Positions 37,562 through 49,302 of a DNA stretch of 64,000 nucleotides are shown here, piece by piece. The notes beneath the pieces were generated by a model. It worked only from the letters and a program-made list of their open reading frames with translations, did not search any database and was not told the DNA's origin. The stretch covers positions 6,560,275-6,624,274 of the forward strand of contig NC_134032.1 in NCBI RefSeq assembly GCF_964204645.1, given 5' to 3'. This DNA is from Tubulanus polymorphus. Its lineage: Eukaryota; Animalia; Nemertea. Both the position numbers and the translations under genes were made by a program. Each line of letters starts with the position of its first letter. The stretch's first letter is position 1.

Positions 37562-37735
37562 TTATTTCTTGCACAATTGTCGAATAATACGCTGAGTTTC
37601 ATCTACACCGACAGTCTGCACACCGTGTGGCGGTATCGAGGATGCGATTACGCGAATTTCGTGTTTTTTCGGCGGAATGATGTTCAGATTCAGCAGTTCA
37701 CGTAGCTGTTCGGCGCTCTCAGCAGACGGGATATC
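37562..37735 (-). CDS. ARL9/ARL10: ARL9/ARL10-like GTPase, exon 4 (terminal)
   Basis: ctaatttcag|GAT completes the NKQD motif; DIPSAESAEQLRELLNL...IIRQLCKK-stop; AATAAA ~55 nt downstream (37502-37507). Joined CDS is 681 nt = 226 aa. Confidence 0.88.
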   Translation of the reverse strand, partial: DIPSAESAEQLRELLNLNIIPPKKHEIRVIASSIPPHGVQTVGVDETQRIIRQLCKK

Positions 37736-38394
37736 CTGAAATTAGAAACAGCGTCATCACTTGTCGCAGAAGCAGGGTTGAATCTAGCCTGGGTTTCTGA
37801 GTTGTGCTCATCCGGGAAAGGGCACCTATATTATCAGCTCCTTCACAAGCACAGGCACTTGGGTTTCAACGAAATATTCAGCAGATATTGAAAGTTATTT
37901 TCCATCTGTTGTCGGAATCAGCTAGTTGAAGACAATATGGTTTTCACTAATGCAAAAGTCTTTAATAGACAGGGATTTTACTTGATATAGGCCAATCTGT
38001 TCATTTCATCCCTTCTGTTAATGAGTGGGAATGCATAACTACGCTATTGCTTAACCCCTTCTCATCTACCACATAACTTACGAGAAAAAATACCAAATAC
38101 CAAAGATGTGTCTAGCGTAGATACATGTATAAACAAAATATCAAGACAATCCATCGAAGCGTCTTCAAATTTTCCCAAAATAACTGGATTTGACAAGTGG
38201 GCTAACTAGGGGGTCGGGATTCCTTGTCTTGTGACCTTTTCTACTTTTTGGACTCTTCTCTTGCTCCTTTTGAGATTGATAGGGACAACGGAATCTGCCC
38301 GTTTTACTTGGGGGATGAAAAAATGAAACAAGCAGCCTATCGGCTGATACAGCTCCGCTGTTTTATGATAGGATTTTACAAGGACCACCTAAAC

Positions 38395-38800
38395 AGCACT
38401 CTCAAGAGTTCAAATCCAGAAAACAGCTCTATAACTTTTTAGCCCTTGGCCCATAGTATCTTCATACCAAGCTTTGTCAATATCAGATAACGATTGTAGG
38501 ACAAGTAGCAATTGGAAGATTATACAAGTGTGACCTGTACAGCGCCCCCTAAAGGTGAAATTGGGAAAACGGCTATACAACATTTTGTATCTTGGCCTGT
38601 AGTATCTATATACCAAGTTTCGCCAAGATCGGATTATGATTGGAGGACAAGTAGCGATTTAAAGATTTTACAAGCGCCACCTAGAGGTCAAATTAGGAAA
38701 ACGGCTCTATAACTCTTTAGCCCTTGGCCCATAGTATCTACGAAACAAGTTTCGTCAACATCGGACAATAATTCTAGGACAAGTAGCGATTTTCCAATAC
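38395..38800. repeat. ~140-bp tandem units of another HINE-like family, in ARL intron 3
   Basis: GGACAAGTAGC recurs at 38499, 38645 and 38777. Confidence 0.65.
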
Positions 38801-38926
38801 TGTTGTATGTTTCTGTCAAAATAAAGCTATAATTAATAAAATACTTTCATCGAAATTTAACACGCTATAAACATAGATGGTCTAAACATTCAGTCACTCT
38901 CATGGAATGAGATAACAAGAGATATA

Positions 38927-39380
38927 CAGGCCCGTTCGTAGCCACTCTTTTGTGTGGGTTTGAAAATAGAGAACTTATTTGAATGCATCTGTGGCCAATG
39001 CGAGCGCCTATGGCGCTAAGCCCCTTCAAGAAAATTTTGAAAATAGAAACGTTCTAGATTCATTTTCGGCCAAATTTTAGTGCATATTTCATATAAAAGT
39101 GTCACTGAAAAAATGTAATTAATCCTCGAAACATATTCAGAATAAGTTTTTATCAGGTCTTAATCCAAAACATATACTGGAGTCTCATCCATTGTTTATG
39201 GAGACTGGCAAATTTTTTGATAACAGTCTATATCTATATCATAGTTATATGAATGTGAGCAAGTGCGAGAGAAGAGAGATGTGAAGTCAGGTGTAAGAAA
39301 TTTTCTTTGAAAAAAAATAGTGGAACTCTAGATTTTGTTCGCACCAAACACACGCACCCCTCCCCCTGGGTACGGGCCTG
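38927..39380. mobile_element. hAT-like MITE with 5-bp TSD
   Basis: atata|CAGGCCCGT...ACGGGCCTG|atata. Confidence 0.75.
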
Positions 39381-40595
39381 ATATAATCTGGCTGGTACCA
39401 AGGGGAAACCAGCCTTAAGACCTAATTTATGGTCAAAACCGCGTCAAATACCCGCCCGCCAACCTTTTCTACGATTTTACATCTACATGATTTAATCAAT
39501 TTCTGACAACGTTTTCGCATTTTTTGAGCCAGTATAAGCAAGATCCTAAAAACTGTGTACAGTATCGAGTCGCGCGCAAGTTGCGATCCGGGATTTTATG
39601 ATATTTTGGCGTTCCATGTAGCCGTTCACAACAGATCATGTCATGTTCTTGATAGCTTGTACCATATCCCCCCCCTATTTGAAAAAGATTGTTTTGGGGT
39701 TTTTACGATAACAATATTTTCAAATATTGGTACGACGAGGTCGGACCTGTCGCAGCCATGGCTATATCCCTGTGAGTCAGTCGGATTTTGGGGATTTTCT
39801 AAGAAAAATCCGAGTTAGCTACAGATTAAGACCCTTATCCTAACAACTGAGTGACACGGGGTCAATACTCTTTCATATAGCCGACTACTATTGTAAACAT
39901 ATGTGTCCGTCGAGAGAAAATCGATCTACTGGTGTATAATACGATGCGCGCTGGTTAAGAACTGAAATTAGACGACTGACTAAGAGATTGAAAAATGCAT
40001 TACTTTGAAACCTTCGGAACATATATTCTAGCCGACTTAGCCGAATTTCCGCCTTCTAGAATCCGACTTTGAGACAGATTTCGATCGGAAAATGAACTGA
40101 AAACATCGGGACTTTGGGATTTCGTCCGACTTACGCCAGTTCTACTGTATAACAAGTTAAAAGTACACGTACAAATATATTTCCACTCAAAGTCAAATCA
40201 ACTCATTGATAATGACTCATTTAGCCGAGATAATTTCTTCCAGGTATAACAGGATATTTCATGACGAACTTGAAAAGTAGAATGGTACTTATACAAACCA
40301 GAGTGCCGCTCAAGCCGTTGCAATGGTAGGTTGGATCCTAACAAGGATAGTTTGATTTTAAGGACCCCTTCGAATTGCTTGGCAATGTGAGACTCACATT
40401 CCTCCCTCAGCAGAGGTTTGAAGTTTTATGGCATCACAAGACTCTGCCATGTTCCTCCCTCGGCAGGGATTTGAATTTGATGGCATTGTAAGAATCTGCC
40501 AAGCAAGAAATGGCACAAAACCAACTCAGATAAACCTGAAAAAACCCAGTACACTGTGAAAAAACATCTGGTTTTTAAAGGTTCTTTAAAAGTAC

Positions 40596-40777
40596 CTGTT
40601 TGTTGGCAAGGATCACGGTGGGAACTTCTTGTAGTCGTTCATCATTCAGTAACACGTGTAAAACGTCTTTACTTTCACCAATACGAGGTTCATCCGCCGC
40701 ATCAACAACATAGATCAGTAAATCTGTGTCTTCGATGTATTTCGTCCAGTATTTTCGTTGCTCTTTTCCCCCTCCGA
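40596..40777 (-). CDS. ARL9/ARL10: ARL9/ARL10-like GTPase, exon 3 (G3 to G4)
   Basis: ttttgcag| acceptor, phase 1; (E)IGGGKEQRKYWTKYIEDTDLLIYVVDAAD...VILANKQ; CAG|GTACTT donor, phase 0. Confidence 0.93.
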
Positions 40778-40809
40778 CTGCAAAATAACATACTTTTGTC
40801 CATACACAG

Positions 40810-41305
40810 GTCAAGGGATAGATTTAAGGTTTTATAGGTTCAGGGCTAGATTTGAGGGTTACGTTTAAGTTTAGGGCTAGATTTAAGGTGTAATAGGTTC
40901 AGGGCTAGATTAAAGGGTTTCATATAGGTTTAGGGCTAGATTCAAGGTGTTATAGGTTCAGGACTAGATTTAAGGGTTTCGTTTAGGTTTAGGGCCAGAT
41001 CTAAGGTGTTATAGGTTCAGGGCTAGATTTAAGGGTTTTGTGTAGGGCTAGATTAAGGGTTTAGGGCTAAATTACAGAGTTCATTTTTAGGGCTAGATAT
41101 GATTAGGTTTATGATTAGAGTTAAGAGTTTGGTTTAGGGCTTGTTTTGAGGTTTAGGCTCAGATATAATTATTAGGTTTAGGGCTTGATTTGGTTTTTGT
41201 TTAGAACTAGATTTAAGGGTTTGGGGCAAATTAAAATGTCAATTATTAGGTTTAGGATTTACCTTGTGGTTATATTTAGGGCTAGATTTTAAGGGTTTAG
41301 GGCTA
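40810..41305 (+). repeat. Degenerate telomere-like (TTAGGGCTAGATT) minisatellite in ARL intron 2
   Basis: ~29-bp monomers / ~59-bp dimers rich in TTAGGG-like words. Confidence 0.85.
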
Positions 41306-42016
41306 ATGAAATTCGTTCCTGAAATACTCACCTGCCACAGTAACTATCGGCTAGCGTACCAAGACAAAAGACAAAGTGTGATTAGGTTGTTTATCAGGAT
41401 ATGTGCGGATGTTTTACTGACAAACTTTTTTGACGCGCAAAGAATATGAAACTGATGAGAAACAAGCATTTTTTCTACCTGGCCTAAATATTGAATGCAA
41501 ATCTGGCGATTTATAGGAAATCCCCCTTAATCCTTTCCACGATAACATTTGCACGTCACAAATTGTTGCCGGTCATTGTGTTTTAGAACCAGATAAGATC
41601 TAGATGCTGAAAAATATCCTCTTTTCATATTTCCTTTGTGAGAGGACCCCCAAGAGTCAGCGTTAACAGCGAACTGCGCAGTTTCTAATGAACTACTTTC
41701 GGATGAATCAATGCTCGAGCTCCGCCAGGAGAGTGATGGGGCTTACTCTTCATTGCTGAATAAACCGATAAAAACCACTCGCTGACTGGTAGGCCCTTAT
41801 GTTGCCCCAAACCCTTCCATAACTTTATCAGAAATTTGATTCTGACTGGGCCAGTTTGGGCCCCAATTTTCCATTCCTGAAAATGTTTTTTCTTCCTGAA
41901 TCCTTGCCCTCTGAAATACTGGATCTGCCTGTGGTGCTAAGTACTAACAATGTAAATTGTTAGTACTTCAAAAAATTAAAAAGTTTAATAGAATATAATC
42001 ACTGCTTAAATCTTAC

Positions 42017-42194
42017 TCTCTTTTATATTGATTGTTCCTTTCGGAGTTTGAAGGCTGATCACGTTGAAGCCATCAGTCGGTCGGAGCTCTCTATTGGAGC
42101 TTCTGTTCGAATTTGTTAGACTGTCGATAAATGCCGTTTTGCCCGCCCCGCTCAGCCCTAGAACCAGTACATGACTTTCGATTGTATCTTCCAG
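42017..42194 (-). CDS. ARL9/ARL10: ARL9/ARL10-like GTPase, exon 2 (P-loop and switch I)
   Basis: ttttttcag| acceptor; VLVLGLSGAGKT (G1), PTDGFNV (G2); GAGA|GTAAGA donor, phase 1. Confidence 0.93.
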
Positions 42195-42304
42195 CTGAAA
42201 AAATGAAATGAATTCGATTAAGATGGTTAGGTTTGGTACATAACCATCAGACACACATAACAGGCCCACTCAAACTCATAGATATAACTTTGGGCTAAAA
42301 TTAA

Positions 42305-42604
42305 CCCATTAGACGCCGCAACTTCATATTTATGTTCCAGAATCACAAACACTTAATAAGCCAATTAAATTTGCATTTTAAGATTAGTAGAGATGCACAG
42401 TGTGAAAACTTCTGAAAATGATGCATTACAACCATTGGTTTTTGAAGATAATTATACAGGCTTTCCATCGCTGTATAGCTTTGGTCAATCATAGGTCAAA
42501 AGTTTGACCTTTGATCCCCTCAAACTATAGGTTACGCTATATTACAGCAGACATTCCGCGGAAATACAAGTCGAACATCAATGGACATTCTGCGGTCTAA
42601 TGGG
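42305..42604. mobile_element. piggyBac-type MITE (300 bp)
   Basis: TTAA|CCCATTAGAC...GTCTAATGGG|TTAA. Confidence 0.9.
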
Positions 42605-44144
42605 TTAAAAAAGGATTTTTTGTTAGCAAGTTGCAGCAAGAGTAGGCCTGTACCAGCCACTACTGGAGCTAGTCAGTAACCTCTCTGTGACTAAGTTTCA
42701 CGATCGGATATTTTCACAAACCTCAGTCAGGTATGGGAAGGTAAATTTTCAATGAAATTTTCAAGAGTAGATTTTACTCCAGAGTAATTGCCTGTCATTT
42801 CGTAGTTTTTAAAGATATCTGTCTAATTTGTGTTGTTATCCACGCACAAAGAATTTGTTTTTTGTTTGATACCTATAACACCTCACCAGACGATCTCATT
42901 CCATGTACAAATAGGCTGTGAAGTGAGAGTAAATTTCCATCGACACAACGATGGCCATTTTGAAAACTTGGGAAGAGTGCTGGCACCTGTGGACTGAGGC
43001 CAGGAAAACAACACAAACTAATGAAACGAAAAAAAATTGTATATTTGTAAACCGCGCTGAAATGTATATGGAGCGCGGTATATAAAAAATAAATATTATT
43101 AGGGTTTCTGCTGCTTTCGCAGAAACCCTCTTGTAATTCTGTTGATTATTATTATTATTATAAATTTTCCACTTTCCAGCCTAAAATTTTTCATAAAATG
43201 TAACATCTCTCAGATTCGACTACCAACAGCTTATAAACTTAATTTTCAATTCTGTCAGAAATATAACTCAGCGCCTGACCATTTCGAATTTGCCTATAGT
43301 AATCTATTATGAATTAATCCCGCATAATTACCGGGTCTAAACAGCGACAAGAATACATTGCAAAATACTTCCTTGTTCGTTAACGTTCGCTGAGCGGATT
43401 CTGGTCGGCTAAAGTGACGAATCCAACGACTTGTGAGGTCATTGACCTCACGAACCCCTTGACCGTCAAGAGGTTCGGGGTATGTAAAAATCAATTATGT
43501 TGCCAGATAAAATCCATAACGGTGCTAAAACAGTGTCAATGTTGTCTTCGGAACTAACTTAGGCAAGTATTTGCGGGTAGATTTTAATAATACAAAGATA
43601 GGAGCATTTCCTGCCTTTCTGTAATAATATAGTATATAGAGGAATACGATGAATATTTCACAACGAAATCGGCGTTTTCTGCCAGAAAATTGGCCAAAAT
43701 AACCCAGCACAGCAAATGATTCGACGCGATTTACAGGCGAGTGCGCGCATAAAAGTGAGGAGATCTCATCCGTTTCAGGCATTAAACCCGACAAACTATA
43801 TATCAAACGACGCACAACAGTCTTATCTTTCAATTTGATGATGATTCGTCGATATTTAAAGGGTTCCGTTTTACTCCTAGGGATAGGATTAGGGTAAGGT
43901 GAGGCACTAAAGATAGTTAAATCATTCGGTTGGTTTTCAGCGAGCTCGATAGTCTAGTGGTATGACGCTGTGCAAGTAATTTACTGGCCCGGGTTCGAGT
44001 CTTGCTCTATTTTCTCTAAATCTGATCTCCACACTTTCCTTGAATTTTCTAAGTCGCGCACCTGTATGCATGCGCAGCGTAAATCAACTAATAGGCGACG
44101 ATGCGTAACGGTAAAATAGCGGAAATGAATACTCAGCCGTATAC

Positions 44145-44509
44145 CACAGGGGCTTGTCAAAATTTGATACCAGTATCCCTATTTAAATGGCTGAAACGGA
44201 TAAGATCTCACTTTTATGCGCGCACTCGCCTGAAAAGCGCTTCAAATCCTATGCGGTGCTGGGTTATTTTGGCCGATTTTCTGGCGGAAAACGGAGATTT
44301 CGTTGAAGTATTCATTGTAGAGCGATAGTCATAGGCTCATTAGAAAAAGTAAGTCTTCTAGTTTGTATGAGTTTATTTTGTGCAAATCGGTAAGTCGATT
44401 GAATTGGGAAGGTAATTTGCAGATAGCCGATTTAGTTAGCTCCCTTTTCTTTTTTATATAGGGATACTGGTATCATCCATCCTCCATCAAATTGTGACAA
44501 GCCCCTGTG
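44145..44509. mobile_element. MITE with 8-bp TSD (hAT or P superfamily)
   Basis: ccgtatac|CACAGGGGCTTGTCA...TGACAAGCCCCTGTG|ccgtatac; right end duplicated at ~44535-44600. Confidence 0.88.
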
Positions 44510-45381
44510 CCGTATACGGTACAATATCCACTGCCTTTCTTTTTTTATATAGGGATACTGGTATCAGCCATCCTCCATAAAATTGTGACAAGCCCCTGTG
44601 CCATATGTTCAAGTGCCTGTGCCTCAATAGACACTGTCAATATGTAGTCTAGTACCTAGCCGTCGTTCCAAAAACAACGTCTAGGGCGAAAGTGCTCACA
44701 TGAAAGGTTAATTTTCGTCCCTCATTTTGAGGGACGAGGCTTTGAACATCTATTTCACCCCTTTAGACACCATCAACTTACCTCAAAATGACTGTTCTGT
44801 AATCAGATTGAAGGTAACTATTGTTTGTGCATAAATTTGTAATCCTAAGTAATTTTTGACCATTGTAGTAAAAAAACTCTTTTGCTTAGTCGTCTAAGAA
44901 AATAGTTGAAGTGAAGCAACATAACAAATATGGCGGCTTTTCGTGTTGCATGATGGGAGTGTAAATAACTGATTCGGAATTGAACTTGGATTGACATTGA
45001 TGCCAATGCAGATATTATTTTAGTTTCAAATTCTTAAGGTAAAATTGGCCAGAATTTATGGGTTTTATCAACAATAAAAGTAATTTTAGAGAGACATATC
45101 GAATTTTCACATTTTATTCATTTAGTCTGTATTGGAAATCCCGATTGTTATGTGGCAATTAATTAATTCAAATCAATAAATTCTCCAGTTCGTGATTTAA
45201 ATCATCAAAAATATTACGCAGTGGATATTTTACCGTATACGCCTGAGTATTTATTTCTGCTATTTTACCGTACATCGACGCTGATTGGCTGATTTACAGC
45301 GCGCATGCGCACAGAGGTGCGCGACTTAGAAAATTCAAGGAAAGTGTGGAGAACAGAGTCAGAGAAAATAGAGCGGATAGA

Positions 45382-45447
45382 GCGAGACTCGAACCCAGGC
45401 CAGTAAATTACTAGCGCAGCGTCATACCACTAGACCCCCGAGCTCGC
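45382..45447 (-). pseudogene. tRNA-Pro-like sequence inside the MULE cassette (copies also at 13166-13223 + and 43940-44005 +)
   Basis: GCTCGGGGGTCTAGTGGTATGA (A box, resembles the tRNA-Pro 5' end) and GGTTCGAGTC (B box); anticodon arm not intact. Confidence 0.55.
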
Positions 45448-45730
45448 TGAAAACCAACCAAATGTTTACTATCTATATTACCTCACCTTACCCTTATCCT
45501 ATGCCTAGGGGTAAAACGGAACCTTCTGGATCCTCTTCTCACCCTCTCGATAAAACCCCATTGAAACCCTAACCCTAAACCCAATATAATGATTTTATTG
45601 TTACTTTTATTAGTTAATAGACGGACGCCGGGTGCCGCAGCCGCCCGGAGGATGTCCCTTTGGTAAATGCGTATATGTGGATACTACGAAGTGTTTTCTT
45701 AACCGATTCTGACTAGCTGCAAAAACAGAA

Positions 45731-46975
45731 AACTAGGGGTCTAGGGACACCATGCCCACTTGGGAAGTGCTTTCAAATGCTCAACAATCTAACAATTTCA
45801 ATATTCACCACCCCCCCCCCTGACCGTATACAATAACCAATGACCATGAAACTCACCACAATCATAGAATATGTCAGCAGCTATGAATTTTTCATTGATT
45901 GTGATAGCAAAATATGCCTCGTTACCAATTTAATATGGAAATACCAAGTTATTCTACTATTCAACGCCCTCTGGTGACTATATGCAAAACCCAATGACCT
46001 TGAAACTCACCACAATCATAGGATATGTCATGAACTACAACTTTGCAATTGATCATGGTAACAAAATATGCCTAGGTACCATTCTAATAAGGAAATACTA
46101 AGATATTCTACTATTCAACGCCCCCTGGTGACCACATAGAATAACTAATGTCCTTTAAACTCACCACAATCATAGACCATGTCATGAGCTACAACTTTCC
46201 AATTGATTATGGTAACAAAATATGCATAGGTACGAATATAATATAGAAATACTAAGTTATTGTATTATTCAACGCCCCCTAATGGCCATATACAAAAACC
46301 AATGACCTTGAAACTCACCAAAATCATAGAACAGGGTATGGGCTACAACTTTCTTATTGATTGTGGTATCAAATTATGCTTAGGTATCAATATAATATGG
46401 AAAAACTTTTTCCCACCTACGAATGAGTACTGATGACACCAAGATGGCCGCCAATTGCACCATAATTGGCTGATCGAAAATACCTGTCTCAGGTATAAAA
46501 TTTCCCTTTCCAAAGAATACCCATCACAAATTGCAATGAGAAATGGCAAACCAGTAGGAAGCTTCAGGACTCAGAAATCAGGCCAAAATTGACATTTTTG
46601 AGCACTAAAAAGGTCATAGAGTCCGATCGACCCAATTTTTCTTATGCTGATGGGCCTTCAGGGGATTCAAATAGGCCTATATACGAAAGATCAAAGTAAT
46701 TGATCAAAGCGTCTCCAAATTTCCCTCAAAACGTTAAAAAAAGTGTAAAAAGTGCTGATATTAGCGAACAACAATGGCTGCCAGTCGGCCATCTTGATTC
46801 TGACAGGACCAGTTTTTGGGCTGAAGATGTGTCTAGGTTAGATACATGTGTAACTTAAATATCAAGACATTACATTGAAGCGACTTCAAAACTTCCCAAA
46901 ATAACTGGATTCCGACTACAGACGAAAAGTGAACGCAATAGCCTGCTGGGACTTAAGTCCCAAGTGGGCTGAAAA
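45731..46975 (-). mobile_element. HINE family H, full-length copy nested in a MULE
   Basis: AACTAGGGGTC...CCCAAGTGGGCT; units at 154-bp spacing (45852, 46006, 46160, 46314). Confidence 0.88.
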
Positions 46976-48225
46976 TGACGTAACTTGACGTCCGGTTTGA
47001 ATCTCATGGGGAAATCAGAAGTAGAATGACGTCACGCTAAAATCCAGCAGCAAAATAACTTAAATCCGGCAACTTTTGGATCGGGTGATTTCAGAATTTA
47101 TTCATTTTGTGATATTTAGAACAAGATTTGGTTGTTGAATAGTTTAACAATAAACCGCGTTGATCGAATGAGTTGAAAATACCTGATATTCCTTCAGCAA
47201 TGGGAGCGAATTCAAAATAACAAACAACGCCCGCCCGGTTCGGCGCCGCAGGTTCGAATCTCGGAGAATTATGCTCGTGCACGGGGCATTTAATCCCAAG
47301 CCACAGCACTAAAGGAACGTTTATTTCATAAAAATTTATGACCCTAAAACTGCGGTTAGTGATGCGTTAAGAGTCGTACGATTTACTCAAAATTACACGG
47401 CAGCGCGACGGCCAACGGATCGGCACGTCTCGCTCGCAGCAGCAGCAGCAGTAGCAGCAACATCGCGGTCTCGCCCCTTCTTCCACCTGACAAATAAGGA
47501 ATTCGGTACCGCTGGCCACGTGCACTGTTTATTTTGAGCCATAGATTCCTGAAACTCGATATTCCCGGAGGATCAGAAACAAATAAATATTTTTCGAAGA
47601 GAAATCAACTTTTGTATTGACATATGAATTTTCCTGCTGTATTTAATTCGATTTTTTCTGGCAGAAAAAAAGTTTCCGATTGATGTTCAACGCGTTCAAT
47701 TCTATGAGCCCAAGTTTCCGATTGATGTTCAACGCGTTCCATCTTATGAGCCCAAATTCCAGAAATGAATCAAACCTTAGAGTTTCAGTTTTATCTTCTT
47801 ACCATCCACCCCTTAACTCTGTGGCATAAGTTTTCAATTTTCTGAGTTTTATCTAAAAATTGATTTAATTTCTTAATTAATGCTTTGAGACCGAATCTAC
47901 ATTACGATTTCAATATGAAACAAAATTGGAGTTATTTTCTTTTCAGTTTCATTGACAACAATAAATGTGTTCCTTACTTAAGTCACCGACAATATTTTGA
48001 GTGTCTTCGTTGCACCCGTACGTGAATGAGGTTGTTTTCGAATTACCATATGATCTCTTGCTATGGAAAATTTAATCAAGCAATGACCGTGGCGTCCGTC
48101 ACTTAGATTTCATCTATTATATATTACTGTATATATAGTAATAATGTACGGTAAAATAGCAGAAGTAAATACTTCCGTATATAGATAAATATCCACTTCG
48201 AAAATATTATTAGGCCCTATAAAAC

Positions 48226-49067
48226 TAGTTAGTTACCTAATCGTTGGTGGTAAGCTTTTTATAATCGGATGGGCTTATACCAACGTTAGGGATGACAAGG
48301 GCCAAAACAAGGTTGAAAAAAGTAACACTTCAAAAACATACTTTCTATTGAGTTCAGTCCACAATTAATGGCTTAAATCACAAACTAACACAGGTACCTT
48401 TTGAAATAATCCAATTTTATGTATGTTTCGAGCGATTAATCAACATTATTTTGAGAAATTAATTAATTTCTCCACAAATTTCGCCATTGACCGCCATTCC
48501 TCTGTATTGCATACATGTGGCATGATAGACTAGGTGACCTACAAGGATTTATATAAGACTTTCAAAACGAAACGACAATTTTTATTTTTGATAGTTTTCC
48601 AACTTATATTTCAAATCTTCGTGATTTCCACAATAAATGATGAAAAAATAAATTCTGGTTGAAGAAAATGTGAATAAGTGTTGATTTCTTAATTTTTTCA
48701 ATTTCGTTGTTTCGTTAGTTTGTGTTGTGGTCCTGGCCTCAGTCCACAGGTGCCAGCACCCTCCACACGTTTTCAAAATGGCTGCCGTCGAATCGACGGA
48801 AATGTACTCTCACTTTACGGCCGATTTGCACATGGATTAAGGTCGTCAGGTGAGGTTTTATGAGGATCAAACAAACTACGAATCTGTTGTGCGTTGATTA
48901 CAACAGAAATTAGATGGATATCTTAAGAGACGATGAAATGACAGGCAAATTACTCGTCAGTCAAATTGACTCATGAAATCCTCATTGAAAAATGACCTTC
49001 CCATTCCTGACTGTGGTTTGTGAAAATATCCGATCGTGAAACTAAACCACAGTCAGGTTACTGACTA
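48226..49067. mobile_element. Non-autonomous DNA transposon with TAGT...ACTA termini and 9-bp TSD (AcademH-like)
   Basis: ctataaaac|TAGTTAGTTACCT...AGGTTACTGACTA|ctataaaac; partial inverted copy at 42670-43035 and 113-bp internally deleted copy at 1408-1520. Confidence 0.8.
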
Positions 49068-49175
49068 CTATAAAACATGTTTTCAAAGTCAACAAGGTAA
49101 CTTAATTAATTAATTTGAGTACAAAGGGAGGATTTGACACTAAAATCAGTCGTGGCAGGGAACGGGTAAAACGAC

Positions 49176-49302
49176 TGGGGCCAGTTGCTCAAAGGTTGGT
49201 TAGAGTTAACCAGTGGATTGTTGACATAGTGACAATTGAAAGTTCATTGTTATTATGGTATTTATCCACTGGTTATCTTTAACCAACTTTTGAGCAACTG
49301 GC
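49176..49302. mobile_element. Short palindromic MITE
   Basis: GCCAGTTGCTCAAA...TTTGAGCAACTGGC; relative near 37300-37420; similar architecture at 14958-15075. Confidence 0.65.

Larger units (their letters stand above)
45217..48200. mobile_element. 3-kb non-autonomous Mutator-like element
   Basis: TIR CGCAGTGGATATTT...AAATATCCACTTCG (~60 bp); perfect 9-bp TSD aaaatatta. Confidence 0.85.
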
